64,000 bases of DNA from Armatimonadota bacterium (GTDB lineage Bacteria; Armatimonadota; HRBIN16): contig OY781964.1 in assembly GCA_963677485.1 (NCBI GenBank), forward strand, positions 2,400,001 through 2,464,000, read 5' to 3'. Every line of letters begins with the position of its first letter. Within the stretch, counting starts at the first letter, position 1. Below the pieces are notes generated by a model. It saw only the letters and a list, made by a program, of their open reading frames with translations. It searched no databases and was not told the DNA's origin. This document shows positions 18,477 through 28,730 of the stretch, piece by piece. The translations under genes and the position numbers were made by a program.

Positions 18477-19487
18477 ATGATAGGTGGTCCACCGTTGCAG
18501 TTGATTGAAGTGGTGCTGGCGCTATTCATAGTGGTGCTGGCTGGCTACATTGCCAAGAAACGTAAAGTGCTGGCTGCGCAAGATACTGGTGTCATTAACC
18601 GTATCATCGTGGACTTTGCGCTCCCAGCGTTGATTTTCCGCGCCGTGTATCAGCAGACTATCTCCCGCGACATGATGGTGGCCACAGGCGTTTTTATCGC
18701 TGCGGAGTTGATCACGCTGGGCCTGGCTTTTCTCATCATCAAGCCTTTCAAAATAGCTTCGCCCATCGTGGGCTCTTTTGCGGTGTGTGCGGCTTTCGGT
18801 AACACCGGGTTTCTCGGTTACCCAGTCACCACCGCGGCCTATTCAGCGGCCAGTCTGGCGCACAGCCTGGGTGTATCGCTGGAGCAGGGAAAGCTGCTGG
18901 CGGCTAAGGCGATGGCCACCGCGGTGATGTATGACCAAATCGGCATGTTCGTGGTGCTCTACCTGGTGGCGGTGCCGATACTGGTAGCCATGGGAAGAAT
19001 GCCTGGCCGTAACTCGGCTATCGGGCGGTATGAGCTTCAAAAGGCGGTGATCAGCCCCTCGTTCCTGGCGCTGGTGGTGACACTGCTGTTGAATGTTTTC
19101 CATATTCAAGTGCCGGACATCGTGCTGCACGTGGCCGCCACCCTTGCGGGAGCTGTGGTTCCGCTGGTGATGATATCGCTGGGTCTGATGCTGGAAACCC
19201 GGCAGCTCATGAAGCGCGACAATATAGGGCTGGTGCTGGGTATCCTCGTGATGAAGATGGCTGTGATGCCGCTCATCATATATCTTGGCACGATGAAGCT
19301 GGGTCTGGATCCGCTGGTGAGGGCCGTGTCCGTCACCTCGGGCGCCATGCCCCCTGCGATGCTCTGTGCGGTGCTCAGCGAGCGCTACGGCTGCGAGAGG
19401 GGATTGGCGGCCGCCACCGCCATCCTGGGTGCCTTGCTGGTGGCGCTATCTATGCCGCTGTTGATGACCGCGATGGGTGTGGGGTAG
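18477..19487 (+). CDS. AEC (auxin efflux carrier/malate permease-like) family transporter, paralog 1 (start may be TTG 18495)
   Basis: INRI.VDFALPALIF, FGNTGFLGYP, PLVMISLG, AMPPA....VLSERYG. Confidence 0.88.
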   Translation: MIGGPPLQLIEVVLALFIVVLAGYIAKKRKVLAAQDTGVINRIIVDFALPALIFRAVYQQTISRDMMVATGVFIAAELITLGLAFLIIKPFKIASPIVGSFAVCAAFGNTGFLGYPVTTAAYSAASLAHSLGVSLEQGKLLAAKAMATAVMYDQIGMFVVLYLVAVPILVAMGRMPGRNSAIGRYELQKAVISPSFLALVVTLLLNVFHIQVPDIVLHVAATLAGAVVPLVMISLGLMLETRQLMKRDNIGLVLGILVMKMAVMPLIIYLGTMKLGLDPLVRAVSVTSGAMPPAMLCAVLSERYGCERGLAAATAILGALLVALSMPLLMTAMGVG

Positions 19488-19497
19488 GGGAAACATT

Positions 19498-19641
19498 GTA
19501 GGGGCACCCCCCCGTGGTTGCCCCTGATTTGGTGGTTGCCCGCCATTGGTATCGTTGTAGGGGCATGGCGTGCCGTGCCCCATTTACCGTGCCCTGATGG
19601 CCCCCGTGGTTGTCCTAAGGCACGGCACGCCATGCCCCTAT
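19498..19641. repeat. GTAG-type REP cluster (REPIN-like)
   Basis: GTAGGGGCACCCCCCCGTGGTTGCCC, GTAGGGGCATGGCGTGCCGTGCCC and inverted GGCACGGCACGCCATGCCCCTA. Confidence 0.75.
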
Positions 19642-19728
19642 ACGTCGATCCTATGCACGCATAAATATGCGCCGGTATCCGCCTATCACCGAAATTATCG
19701 CCGTACGGGTTTTCGTAAGGAGTTTGTT

Positions 19729-20721
19729 TTGCAGTTATCGGTCGTTGTGCTATCCCTCTGCATCGTGGTTCTGGCTGGCTATGTCGCCAAGAAGCGAGGC
19801 GTGCTGGCTGTGCAGGACACGAAGGTCATCAACCGGATCATCGTGGACTTCGCGGTGCCTGCGCTGATATTCAATGCGGTTTACCAGCAGCATATTTCTC
19901 GCGACATGATGGTGACCACGGCCGTGTTCATCCTCTGCGAGCTATTCATCATGGGTGCTGCCATGTGGGTCACCAAAGCATTGAAAAAGCCGGCCCCTAC
20001 CCGAGGCTCGTTTATGGCTTGCGCGGCTTACGGCAACACCGCTTTTATCGGCTACCCGGTGACGGCTGCAGCCTACTCGGCCGTCAGCATGGCGCATATA
20101 TACGGTGTGTCGGCTACAGGCGGCCAATTGCTGGCCTCCAAGGCGATGGCCGCGGCGGTGATGTATGACCAGATCGGCACATTCGTGGTGCTCTACCTGG
20201 TCGCGGTGCCGATCATGATCACCCTGGGCAAGCAGAGCACCTATAGCGGGGCCACACGCCGTCAAGACCTCATTTCGGCTTTCACTCACCCGTCCCTCAT
20301 CGTGCTGGCACTGACGCTGTCAGTAAACGCCTTCGGCATCACCGTTCCGAAGATAGTGGAGCACGTCGCCACGACGCTGGCAGGTGCCGTGGCTCCGCTG
20401 GTGATGATCTCGCTGGGTTTGATGTTGAAAACAAGCCAGTTGTTCAAGAAGGACAACATGGGCATTGTGCTGGGCATGCTGCTGTTTAAGATGTTTCTGA
20501 TGCCTTTAGTGATCTACCTGGCCACGATGCGGCTGCCGATCGATCCACTGATCCGCGCAGTGGCCATCACGACGGGCGCCATGCCTCCCGCCATGCAGTG
20601 CGCCGTGTTAAGTGAGCGATACGGTTGTGAGCGCGGCACAGCGGCCGTATCGGCTATCCTGGGTGCGATCATCACCGCCCTGTCGCTGCCGCTGCTGATG
20701 AAGCTGATCGGGCTGGGCTAG
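19729..20721 (+). CDS. AEC family transporter, paralog 2
   Basis: Same motifs as paralog 1; TTG start with an AAGGAG RBS. Confidence 0.88.
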   Translation: MQLSVVVLSLCIVVLAGYVAKKRGVLAVQDTKVINRIIVDFAVPALIFNAVYQQHISRDMMVTTAVFILCELFIMGAAMWVTKALKKPAPTRGSFMACAAYGNTAFIGYPVTAAAYSAVSMAHIYGVSATGGQLLASKAMAAAVMYDQIGTFVVLYLVAVPIMITLGKQSTYSGATRRQDLISAFTHPSLIVLALTLSVNAFGITVPKIVEHVATTLAGAVAPLVMISLGLMLKTSQLFKKDNMGIVLGMLLFKMFLMPLVIYLATMRLPIDPLIRAVAITTGAMPPAMQCAVLSERYGCERGTAAVSAILGAIITALSLPLLMKLIGLG

Positions 20722-20902
20722 GGGTGATCAGTGGACGTTGCTTGGGTTGGTCAGATTCGGCTGATGAGGTGCTGTCCGGGCACTTTATCGGCCGAAATCA
20801 TGCGAATCAAGCGGTTTTTTGCTGCCAAATCAGCGCCCCTTGACAATTAGCCAAGAAACCTGTATCCTATTTCATGCGCCTCAAACGCGTTCGCATCTTC
20901 GT

Positions 20903-20988
20903 GGGGGGATGCCCGAGCGGCCAATGGGAACAGACTGTAAATCTGTCGGCGAATGCCTTCGAAGGTTCGAATCCTTCTCTCCCCACCA
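20903..20988 (+). tRNA. tRNA-Tyr(GTA)
   Basis: Cloverleaf with anticodon arm ACAGA-CTGTAAA-TCTGT, long variable arm, TTCGAAT loop and CCA end. Confidence 0.95.
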
Positions 20989-21027
20989 CTCACAATCCCT
21001 GCTCTTGTTAAGGAGTGGAGAAATTGT

Positions 21028-21102
21028 GCCCTCGTAGCTCAGGGGTAGAGCGCGTCTTTGGTAAAGACGAGGTCATGGGTCCGAATCCCATCGAGGGCTC
21101 CA
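21028..21102 (+). tRNA. tRNA-Thr(GGT)
   Basis: GCCCTCG/CGAGGGC acceptor stem; anticodon arm CGTCT-TTGGTAA-AGACG; CCA end; the T-loop reads TCCGAAT. Confidence 0.92.
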
Positions 21103-21217
21103 GTCTTACAGCGAACCGCTAGAGTGGCGCACACCGACACTTGGACGCCGATTTTCGGTGCCATAACAGAAATTATATACATCACGATCGACGACGTTTA
21201 GGGAGGATAACCCACAA

Positions 21218-22417
21218 ATGGCTAAGCAGAAATTTGAACGCAACAAGCCGCACATGAACATCGGAACCATCGGCCACGTGGACCATGGCAAAACCAGCCT
21301 TACCGCGGCCATCACCAAGTGCCTGGCCACGAAGGGCTTTGCAAAATACCAGGCCTACGACGCCATCGACTGCGCCCCGGAAGAGCGAGAGCGCGGAGTC
21401 ACCATCAATATCTATCATGCGGAATATGAGACCGACAAACGGCACTACGCTCACGTAGACTGCCCGGGACACGCGGACTATATTAAGAACATGATCACCG
21501 GTGCCGCCCAGATGGACGGAGCTGTGTTGGTTGTGTCTGCCGCTGACGGCCCTATGCCTCAGACTCGTGAGCACATCCTGCTCGCCCGTCAGGTAGGAGT
21601 TCCTTACATCGTCGTCTTCTTGAACAAAGAAGACCTGGTGGACGACCCCGAGCTGACAGAGCTGGTAGAGATGGAAGTTCGCGAACTTCTTTCCAAGTAT
21701 GACTTCCCCGGCGACGACATCCCCGTAATCGTGGGATCCGCCGTGAAGGTACTTGAAGGAAGCGGCGAGCAAGGCGACCCATGGGCTGACAAGATATGGA
21801 AGTTGATTGAAGCAATTGACGACTATATTCCGACCCCTGAGCGCGACACGGACAAGCCGTTCCTGATGCCCATCGAAGACGTCTTCACCATTACTGGCCG
21901 CGGCACTGTCGTGACCGGACGTGTGGAGCGCGGTGTGCTGAAGGCCGGCGAGCAGATCGAGATCGTTGGTATTAAAGAGAAGAGCATCACAACTGTTGCC
22001 ACCAGCCTCGAGATGTTCCGCAAGATCCTTGAGCGAGTAGAGAGCGGCGACAACGCCGGTATCCTGCTGCGAGGCATCGGTCGTGAATCTGTGGAGCGTG
22101 GCATGGTTTGCGCCAAGCCCGGTTCCATTAAGCCGCACACCCAGTTCCAGGGTGAAATCTACGTGCTTACAAAAGAGGAAGGCGGCCGCCATACCCCGTT
22201 CTTTGACGGGTATCGCCCGCAGTTCTATTTCCGCACCACGGACGTAACTGGCAACATGAAGCTTCCAGAAGGTGTTGAGATGATTATGCCTGGTGATCGC
22301 GTGACGATCACTGCAGACCTCATCCAGCCCATCGCTATGGAAGAGGGTCTCCGCTTCGCTGTACGCGAAGGTGGACACACTGTGGGTGCTGGCGTAGTTA
22401 CCAAGGTCATCGCCTAG
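21218..22417 (+). CDS. tuf: Elongation factor Tu
   Basis: [53 protein letters not shown]. Confidence 0.99.
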   Translation: MAKQKFERNKPHMNIGTIGHVDHGKTSLTAAITKCLATKGFAKYQAYDAIDCAPEERERGVTINIYHAEYETDKRHYAHVDCPGHADYIKNMITGAAQMDGAVLVVSAADGPMPQTREHILLARQVGVPYIVVFLNKEDLVDDPELTELVEMEVRELLSKYDFPGDDIPVIVGSAVKVLEGSGEQGDPWADKIWKLIEAIDDYIPTPERDTDKPFLMPIEDVFTITGRGTVVTGRVERGVLKAGEQIEIVGIKEKSITTVATSLEMFRKILERVESGDNAGILLRGIGRESVERGMVCAKPGSIKPHTQFQGEIYVLTKEEGGRHTPFFDGYRPQFYFRTTDVTGNMKLPEGVEMIMPGDRVTITADLIQPIAMEEGLRFAVREGGHTVGAGVVTKVIA

Positions 22418-22462
22418 GGGTTTCGCGACCCCTAGAATATCAAGGAAAGCTAGAGGCCAGTT

Positions 22463-22633
22463 ATGGCAAGCAAGAGCAAAGAAAACAGAATAATCATCAC
22501 TATGGCCTGCACAGAGTGCAAGTCACGGAACTATACAACGAGTAAGAACCGCATGAACGACAAAGAGCGGCTCCAGCTCAACAAGTATTGCCCGCGCTGC
22601 CATAAGTACCAAGGTCACCGCGAGGCGAAATAA
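22463..22633 (+). CDS. rpmG: 50S ribosomal protein L33, Zn-ribbon form (56 aa, absent from the ORF track)
   Basis: Manual translation [56 protein letters not shown]. Confidence 0.95.
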   Translation: MASKSKENRIIITMACTECKSRNYTTSKNRMNDKERLQLNKYCPRCHKYQGHREAK

Positions 22634-22676
22634 ATCACGAATTTGGCGGAGTCAGCAATGCCTCCGCCACCTACGC

Positions 22677-22752
22677 AGGGGTGTAGCTCAGTTGGTAGAG
22701 CACTGGTCTCCAAAACCAGTGGTCGGGGGTTCGAGCCCCTCCACCCCTGCCA
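22677..22752 (+). tRNA. tRNA-Trp(CCA)
   Basis: AGGGGTG/CACCCCT acceptor stem; anticodon arm CTGGT-CTCCAAA-ACCAG; usual position between rpmG and secE. Confidence 0.95.
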
Positions 22753-22796
22753 ATTTCCGTTTCTCACTTTCACAAGGTTAAGAGTGGACATCCTAT

Positions 22797-23072
22797 ATGG
22801 GCACTTCGAACAATGTAACCAAGCAGACCACAATCACCAAGCCCTCTGGCCGTTCAAAATCGGCTGCAGAGCTTTCCGCGGGGTTCAAGAAATTCTTCAA
22901 AGATGTGAAGACTGAACTGAAGCGCTGTGAGTGGCCGACCAAAGACCAGACGATCAGGTCTACTATCATCGTAATCGGCTTCATTCTGGTAATTAGCGCA
23001 TTCATCGGTATAATCGATGTCACGCTGTCAGCCATCACCGCAAAAATGGGGCTGTTTAAGGGAGGCACATAA
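22797..23072 (+). CDS. secE: Preprotein translocase subunit SecE
   Basis: FFKDVKTELKRCEWP plus one TM helix; directly upstream of nusG. Confidence 0.93.
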   Translation: MGTSNNVTKQTTITKPSGRSKSAAELSAGFKKFFKDVKTELKRCEWPTKDQTIRSTIIVIGFILVISAFIGIIDVTLSAITAKMGLFKGGT

Positions 23073-23074
23073 GT

Positions 23075-23602
23075 ATGCCAAAACATTGGTATGCTGTCCA
23101 CACCTTTGCCGGCTACGAAAACAAGGTAAAGACCTCCGTTGAGCACATGGGTGCTGCCAAAGGGTTATCGAGCTATATCTATCGGATAGAAATACCGACG
23201 GAGCAAGAGGTTCGTACCCGAAATGGCAAGAAATACAATGTCCAAAAGAAGCTTTTCCCTGGTTACATCCTAATCGAAATGGACCTGACAGATGAGACAT
23301 GGCATTTGATCAGGAGCATTCAAGGTGTAACCGGCTTCGTCACTTCAGGAGACAAACCCGTACCTCTGCAAGACGCCGAAATCGCGAGTATACTCGAAAT
23401 TGTCGACGGCCCGCAGGTGCGTGTCAAAGTCTCTTGGCAAGTGGGCGAAAATATCCGCGTGGTCACTGGACCATTCACCGACTTCCACGGAACGATCGAT
23501 GATGTGATGGCAGAACGCGACAAACTACGAGTGCTTATCTCACTTTTTGGACGAGATACTCCCGTAGAACTCGACTTTAACCAAGTTGAGAAAATAGTAT
23601 AA
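23075..23602 (+). CDS. nusG: Transcription termination/antitermination factor NusG
   Basis: WYAVHT..GYENKV, KLFPGYILIEM, KOW motif GPFTDF.G, LFGRDTPVELDF.QVEK. Confidence 0.97.
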   Translation: MPKHWYAVHTFAGYENKVKTSVEHMGAAKGLSSYIYRIEIPTEQEVRTRNGKKYNVQKKLFPGYILIEMDLTDETWHLIRSIQGVTGFVTSGDKPVPLQDAEIASILEIVDGPQVRVKVSWQVGENIRVVTGPFTDFHGTIDDVMAERDKLRVLISLFGRDTPVELDFNQVEKIV

Positions 23603-23629
23603 CCGCAGCCTTTCAAGGAGTACACGGCT

Positions 23630-24055
23630 TTGGCAAAGAAAATCATGGGCGTAGTAAAGCTACAAATCGCCGGCGGCAAGGCTACACCAGCCCCCCCGGT
23701 TGGCCCCGCCCTCGGTCAATATGGTATCAATATGATGGAGTTCATCAAGTCTTACAATGAGAAGACTGCTGCTCAGGTAGGCTCCGTCGTACCGGTGGAA
23801 ATCACCATCTTTGAGGATCGCTCTTTCACATTCGTACTGAAGACCCCTCCGGCCTCCGAACTGATTAAGAAAGCAGCAGGAGTTCCTAAGGGCTCTGGCG
23901 TTCCCAACAAGGAAAAAGTGGGCAAACTGACCCGCGAACAGGTTCAGCAGATTGCTGAAACCAAAATGCCTGACCTCAACGCATATGACATTGAGGCCGC
24001 TATGCTTATCATCGCCGGCACCGCCCGCTCCATGGGCATCGTCGTCGAAGGGTAA
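23630..24055 (+). CDS. rplK: 50S ribosomal protein L11
   Basis: [37 protein letters not shown]. Confidence 0.98.
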   Translation: MAKKIMGVVKLQIAGGKATPAPPVGPALGQYGINMMEFIKSYNEKTAAQVGSVVPVEITIFEDRSFTFVLKTPPASELIKKAAGVPKGSGVPNKEKVGKLTREQVQQIAETKMPDLNAYDIEAAMLIIAGTARSMGIVVEG

Positions 24056-24101
24056 TCACACTAAGTTTTTTGACAGTTCACCCGCGGTTGATAACCGCAC
24101 A

Positions 24102-24129
24102 GTGGGAGGACATCGTCCGACTGAACCAC
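24102..24129 (+). promoter_or_regulatory. Putative L1-binding autoregulatory RNA element upstream of rplA
   Basis: GTGGGAG-GAC...GTC-...GAACCAC resembles the L1-binding kink motif found between rplK and rplA in several phyla. Confidence 0.6.
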
Positions 24130-24142
24130 AGGAGATAGCACA

Positions 24143-24853
24143 TTGGCTACACACGGAAAAAGATACACTGAACAGGCTGCCAAGGTAGACGAAACAAAGA
24201 GCTACGGGGTAGTGGAAGCATTTGAACTGCTGATTGAACTAAGCAAAGCCGGTTTCGATCAGACAATTGACCTGGCTGTGAACCTGGGCGTTGACCCACG
24301 GCACGGCGAACAGATGGTGCGCGGCACCACCAACCTGCCTAACGGAACCGGTAAAACGGTGAAGGTGGCTGTATTTGCACGCGGCGACAACGCTGTGGCG
24401 GCTGAAGAGGCTGGAGCCGACACGGTTGGCGCAGAGGACTTGATTGCGAAGATTCAAGAGGGCTGGAGAGATTTCGACACCCTCGTGGCTACGCCAGACC
24501 TGATCCCTCAGGTGGCGAAACTTGGACGCCTGCTTGGCCCCAAGATGCCTAACGCTAAGTCCGGCACCGTCACCACCAAGGTTGGCGAAGTTGTTACCGA
24601 CCTGAAGAAGAGCCGCCGCGTGGGATTCCGCGTGGAGAAGGCCGGTATCGTGCATATGCCCATCGGCAAAGTGAGCTTCGGCTCCGTGCAGTTGATAGCT
24701 AACTTCCGAGCTGCCATCAACGCGCTGCTGAAGGCCAAGCCCACCACCGCGAAGGGCCGCTACGTTAAGCACATCACCATTTCGGCTTCGATGGGCCCTG
24801 GCATCAACATTGATGCCCTTGAGGCCGCTAAGGTTGTGGACGTCACCGCTTAG
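24143..24853 (+). CDS. rplA: 50S ribosomal protein L1
   Basis: FDQTIDLA.NLGVDPR, VRG...LP.GTGK, LGP..MPN.K.GTVT, SMGPG. Confidence 0.97.
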   Translation: MATHGKRYTEQAAKVDETKSYGVVEAFELLIELSKAGFDQTIDLAVNLGVDPRHGEQMVRGTTNLPNGTGKTVKVAVFARGDNAVAAEEAGADTVGAEDLIAKIQEGWRDFDTLVATPDLIPQVAKLGRLLGPKMPNAKSGTVTTKVGEVVTDLKKSRRVGFRVEKAGIVHMPIGKVSFGSVQLIANFRAAINALLKAKPTTAKGRYVKHITISASMGPGINIDALEAAKVVDVTA

Positions 24854-24870
24854 TTGCGGCGGCTCCATTC

Positions 24871-24947
24871 GGGCGATTAGCTCAGTTGGTTAGAGCGCTA
24901 CATTGACATTGTAGAGGTCACTGGTTCAAGTCCAGCATTGCCCACCA
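24871..24947 (+). tRNA. tRNA-Val(GAC)
   Basis: GGGCGAT/ATTGCCC acceptor stem; anticodon arm CTACA-TTGACAT-TGTAG; TTCAAGT loop; CCA end. Confidence 0.93.
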
Positions 24948-25002
24948 TGTCAAACGGACAATGGATACAGGAGAAATCCTGCCCATTGTCCGTTTTTGTT
25001 AC

Positions 25003-25400
25003 GTAGGGGCGGGGTCACCCCGCCCATATTCTCAATTTCACGGTTAACCTGTGAATCAGACGGATCAGTCGGATCCGGCGGATCCTTTCACGCGAAGACG
25101 CGAAGGGATTGGCGCGGTTTATCGTCTGGTTCAGAGCACAACAATAGCAACACCCGCCAGTGTATGAACGGCAGCCCAGGCTGTAACTGATGATGTCGGT
25201 AAATAGCCACGGGTTCAGTCACCCCACGCGACTGGCGTCCCTAAGGGGTTTCCTCACCGCGTGGCTGATCATTAGCGGCCGGCGTCGCTCCGCTCCGGCC
25301 GGCGCAGGGAGCATCCCAGCGTCCGCTTCAGCGGACTGCCAGATGATAAGCGACGGGTGACGAGGCCTGCTTTAGCTGGCTGATGGAACCCGTCGCAGTT
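25003..25400. repeat. Mosaic of REP-like modules after tRNA-Val
   Basis: GTAGGGGCGGGGTCACCCCGCCC; CACGCGAAGACGCGAAG; ATCATTAGCGGCCGGCGTCGCT.CGCTCCGGCCGGCGCA (also at about 59889-59928); GTCCGCTTCAGCGGAC...GGAACCCGTCGCA (also at about 43889-43966). Confidence 0.7.
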
Positions 25401-25649
25401 AAGCAACATAACCTTTATAACGACCAGATACTTACAAAGCGGGGGTCACCAGACCGTGTTTCAAACGCCTTCGAACAGTCCACATGAGCAGAACCTACCC
25501 GGAATTGCTAGATAGCACCTAATAATAGGTATATACTAATAACATACTGCCTGACTTCGCGGCATGCCGACCCACATCTGACGCGGAATACCGCCATCAT
25601 CTAGATATTCGGCATTCATATTCTTACAGCTCATTGCTGAGGTAAAGCT

Positions 25650-27158
25650 ATGAACACAGTTGTCAGTAACACAAACAGACGGTTCGTTCTCCACATCTCA
25701 CCCGATGCGCTCCAAGATGACCCTGAGCTGCTGGAACTGATCAAAGCGGCTGGGGTGGACGAAGTGGCGATTTCGGGCTTCCTATATGGCCACTGGACCT
25801 TCAAACCGGAAGTCACCTCCTATTGGATGCATCAGGCGCAGACCGTCGGTCTTGAGGCGAGCGTCGTCAACGCTCCTCTGGGCCATCCCGGCGACGCCAT
25901 GGGTTCGCAGACCGGCAGCGTGCCGCTGGCTCCCCCCAAACACTGGAAGAAGTATGTCACCATCGACGGTGAGCAGTTGACAGGCACCTCGCTGCATGAG
26001 CCCGCCACAGAAGAAAATGTAACTGCGATCCAGCGTATCCTGCCCCTCAAGCCGAAAATCATCTGGATGGACGATGACTTGCGGCTGGCCAGCACCCCGG
26101 GGATGGTAGGCGGATGCTTCTGCGCGGAGCATAAGCGGATGTTCCTTCGCCAACACGCTTTCGGGGAAAGCAAGTGGAATGAGCTTCTGGATGCCATCCA
26201 TGCGCGCCGCATGTGTCCGGTGCTGAAGCACTGGGTGGATATGCAGTGCGATCTGCTGACCGCCTGTTTCCGAACACAGCAAAAGGCCGCCGGGCATGTG
26301 CCTGTGGGCAACATGATCATGAGGCTGGGCAGTGAGAAGGCCGGTATCCGGCTTAAGGACTACGCAAACAGCCCCTTCCGGATCGGTGAGGAGCACTTCA
26401 ACGATGACTCTTTCGGCCCCGTGAAAGGCAAGACCGAGGAGCTGTACAGCGCACTGTTCCACCGCCGGTATGCTAAACCTCACCTGGCCTACAGTGAGAC
26501 CACGGCTTATCCCGCCGACCATCTCTCTGCCGCGAATATGGCTGCGAAACTCTGCATTACCACAATCGCCGACGTGTGCAACACGATGTTCCAGAGCGGT
26601 ATGACCGCTTTCCCGCGCACGCACTGGCAGACACTGGCTCCCGCGATGAAAGAGCAGGCGGCGACCCATGCGAAAATCGCCGGCGCGAAACTGCAGGGGC
26701 CACTGAAGCACTATTTTGGAACCAACAGCCGTTATGTTGGCCACGACGATCCCTATACCTTCTTCTTGGCCATGGGCATCCCGTTTGAGGTTTGCGACAG
26801 TGCGCCGAAAGGCGGATGGGTCTTCGTTTCGACACCCGATGTTCCGTTGGCTAAAGAGATCGGCAGCAAAGGTGCCACGCTCATCTGCCGCCCTGATGCC
26901 GTTGCACCCGGTCTCCGAGCGGTGCCCGAAAGCCTGCCTGAGTTGATGGCGCTGAAGCACGAAATCATTGAAAAGATGGGTTTAGTGCCCTATGTGCTGC
27001 AAGATCTACCCGTGGTCTGCGCCTGGTATCCTGAGATACATAAGGTGCTGCTCTGGAACCTGACCGAACAGCGTCAGGAGCTCACGCTGGTATACGGCGA
27101 GCTCCGCCGCAATCTGTCGGTCGATGCTCTTGGCACGGCTTTGCTGGAGGATGTGTAA
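25650..27158 (+). CDS. Uncharacterised glycoside-hydrolase-like TIM-barrel protein, paralog 1 of 3
   Basis: WMDDDLRL, GGCFC..H (GH42-like Cys cluster), YSET; strongly similar to the next two ORFs. Confidence 0.6.
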   Translation: MNTVVSNTNRRFVLHISPDALQDDPELLELIKAAGVDEVAISGFLYGHWTFKPEVTSYWMHQAQTVGLEASVVNAPLGHPGDAMGSQTGSVPLAPPKHWKKYVTIDGEQLTGTSLHEPATEENVTAIQRILPLKPKIIWMDDDLRLASTPGMVGGCFCAEHKRMFLRQHAFGESKWNELLDAIHARRMCPVLKHWVDMQCDLLTACFRTQQKAAGHVPVGNMIMRLGSEKAGIRLKDYANSPFRIGEEHFNDDSFGPVKGKTEELYSALFHRRYAKPHLAYSETTAYPADHLSAANMAAKLCITTIADVCNTMFQSGMTAFPRTHWQTLAPAMKEQAATHAKIAGAKLQGPLKHYFGTNSRYVGHDDPYTFFLAMGIPFEVCDSAPKGGWVFVSTPDVPLAKEIGSKGATLICRPDAVAPGLRAVPESLPELMALKHEIIEKMGLVPYVLQDLPVVCAWYPEIHKVLLWNLTEQRQELTLVYGELRRNLSVDALGTALLEDV

Positions 27159-27212
27159 CTCTTCCAGCGTGTAAATCCTGCATCTCGATGAATATATACG
27201 TGAGGTATTATC

Positions 27213-28721
27213 ATGGCCATTAGTCAACCGAAATCCGTTCGCCGGTATGTTCTCAGCATCTCGCCGGATGCGCTTCAGGAGGACCCTGGTCTGCTGTCGC
27301 TGGTGAAATCGGCGGGAGTCGACGAGGTGGCGATCACCGGATTTCTGTACGGATACTGGTATTACCCGCCGGAACTGACCCAGCACTGGTGCCAACAGGC
27401 CCATTCAGCGGGATTGAAGAGCAGCATCATCAACGTGCCGCTGGGTCACCCTGGCGATTCGCTGGGTGCGAAGTCTGGCGCGGTACCCCTGGGTCCACCC
27501 AGCCATTGGAGCATGTGTACGTTGGTTGATGGCTCAAGGTGCTCCGGCACTTCGCTGCACGCCCCCGCCACCGAGGAAAATGTGGCGGCTGTCAAGAAGC
27601 TGGTGCCATTCAAGCCGGAGGTATTATGGCTGGATGACGACTTCCGGCTGGCCCGATCGCCCGGTATGATCGGCGGGTGCTTTTGCGAGGATCACAAGCG
27701 GATGTTCCTTACGAAGCATGGATACGGTGAGTCCCAGTGGGCGGAGTTACTTGATGCGGTGAAGTCGCGAAGGCTATGCGCCCTACTGACTCAGTGGGTG
27801 GATATGCAGGGCGATCTGCTGACCGCGTGTTTCCGCGCCCAGCAGAAGGCGGCAGGCCGTATCCCCATGGGCAACATGATCATGTACCTGGGCTGCGAAA
27901 AAGCGGGTCTGCGCTTGAAGGACTACGCGAACAGCCCGTTCCGTGTGGGTGAATCGCAGTTCAGCGATGGCTCTATGGGCACCGTCAAGGGCAAGATGGA
28001 CGAGTTGTTCAGCGTGCTGTTCCATCGTCGGTATGCGAAACCGCATCTGGCCTACAGTGAAAGCACCGCCTACCCGGCCGACCAGCTTTCGGCACCGAAC
28101 CTGGCCGCTAAGCTGTGCATCAGCACCATCGCGGACGTGCGCAACACGATGTTCATGAGTGGTCTGACACCTTTTCCACGCACGCACTGGCAGACCCTGG
28201 CCCCGGCCATGAAGAAACAGGCCCAGACACACGCCGAAATCGCCGGAGCCAAACCGCAAGGGCCCTTGAAGCACTACTTCGGCACGGGAAGCCGGTATGT
28301 GGGCGATGACAACCCGTTCAGTATGTTCCTGGCGATGGGCATCCCGTTTGAGGTTTGCGACAAGCCGCCCGTCGGCGGTTATACCTTCCTGGGAAACAGC
28401 GACACCCCGCAGGCGAAGGAGATCGGCAGCCGAGGTTCAACGCTCCTCTGCCGGCCAGAAGCCGTCACGCCCGGGTGCCGCGCCGTGGCCGAGAGCCTGC
28501 CTGAGCTGATGGCTTTAAAGCACGAGATCGTCGCCAAGATGGGCGCGGTGCCGTATGTGCTGCAGGACATCCCGGTGGTGTGTGCCTGGTATAAAGAGAT
28601 CCACAAGCTATTGCTCTGGAATCTGACCGAGGAGCGGCAGCATCTCACGCTGGTCTACGGCAGCACTCGCCAAAACGCCACCGTCGACGCCCTCGGCACC
28701 ACCTTGGTGGATTACGTGTAG
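27213..28721 (+). CDS. Uncharacterised glycoside-hydrolase-like protein, paralog 2 of 3
   Basis: WLDDDFRL, GGCFCEDH, YSES; GAGG RBS. Confidence 0.6.
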   Translation: MAISQPKSVRRYVLSISPDALQEDPGLLSLVKSAGVDEVAITGFLYGYWYYPPELTQHWCQQAHSAGLKSSIINVPLGHPGDSLGAKSGAVPLGPPSHWSMCTLVDGSRCSGTSLHAPATEENVAAVKKLVPFKPEVLWLDDDFRLARSPGMIGGCFCEDHKRMFLTKHGYGESQWAELLDAVKSRRLCALLTQWVDMQGDLLTACFRAQQKAAGRIPMGNMIMYLGCEKAGLRLKDYANSPFRVGESQFSDGSMGTVKGKMDELFSVLFHRRYAKPHLAYSESTAYPADQLSAPNLAAKLCISTIADVRNTMFMSGLTPFPRTHWQTLAPAMKKQAQTHAEIAGAKPQGPLKHYFGTGSRYVGDDNPFSMFLAMGIPFEVCDKPPVGGYTFLGNSDTPQAKEIGSRGSTLLCRPEAVTPGCRAVAESLPELMALKHEIVAKMGAVPYVLQDIPVVCAWYKEIHKLLLWNLTEERQHLTLVYGSTRQNATVDALGTTLVDYV

Positions 28722-28730
28722 CGGGAACAC

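Noticed and set aside
21182-22378. Long antisense ORFs (opposite tuf, also 1222-2136, 25782-26960, 46493-47323 and others)
   Set aside because: These are shadow ORFs from codon bias on the strand opposite well-supported genes.
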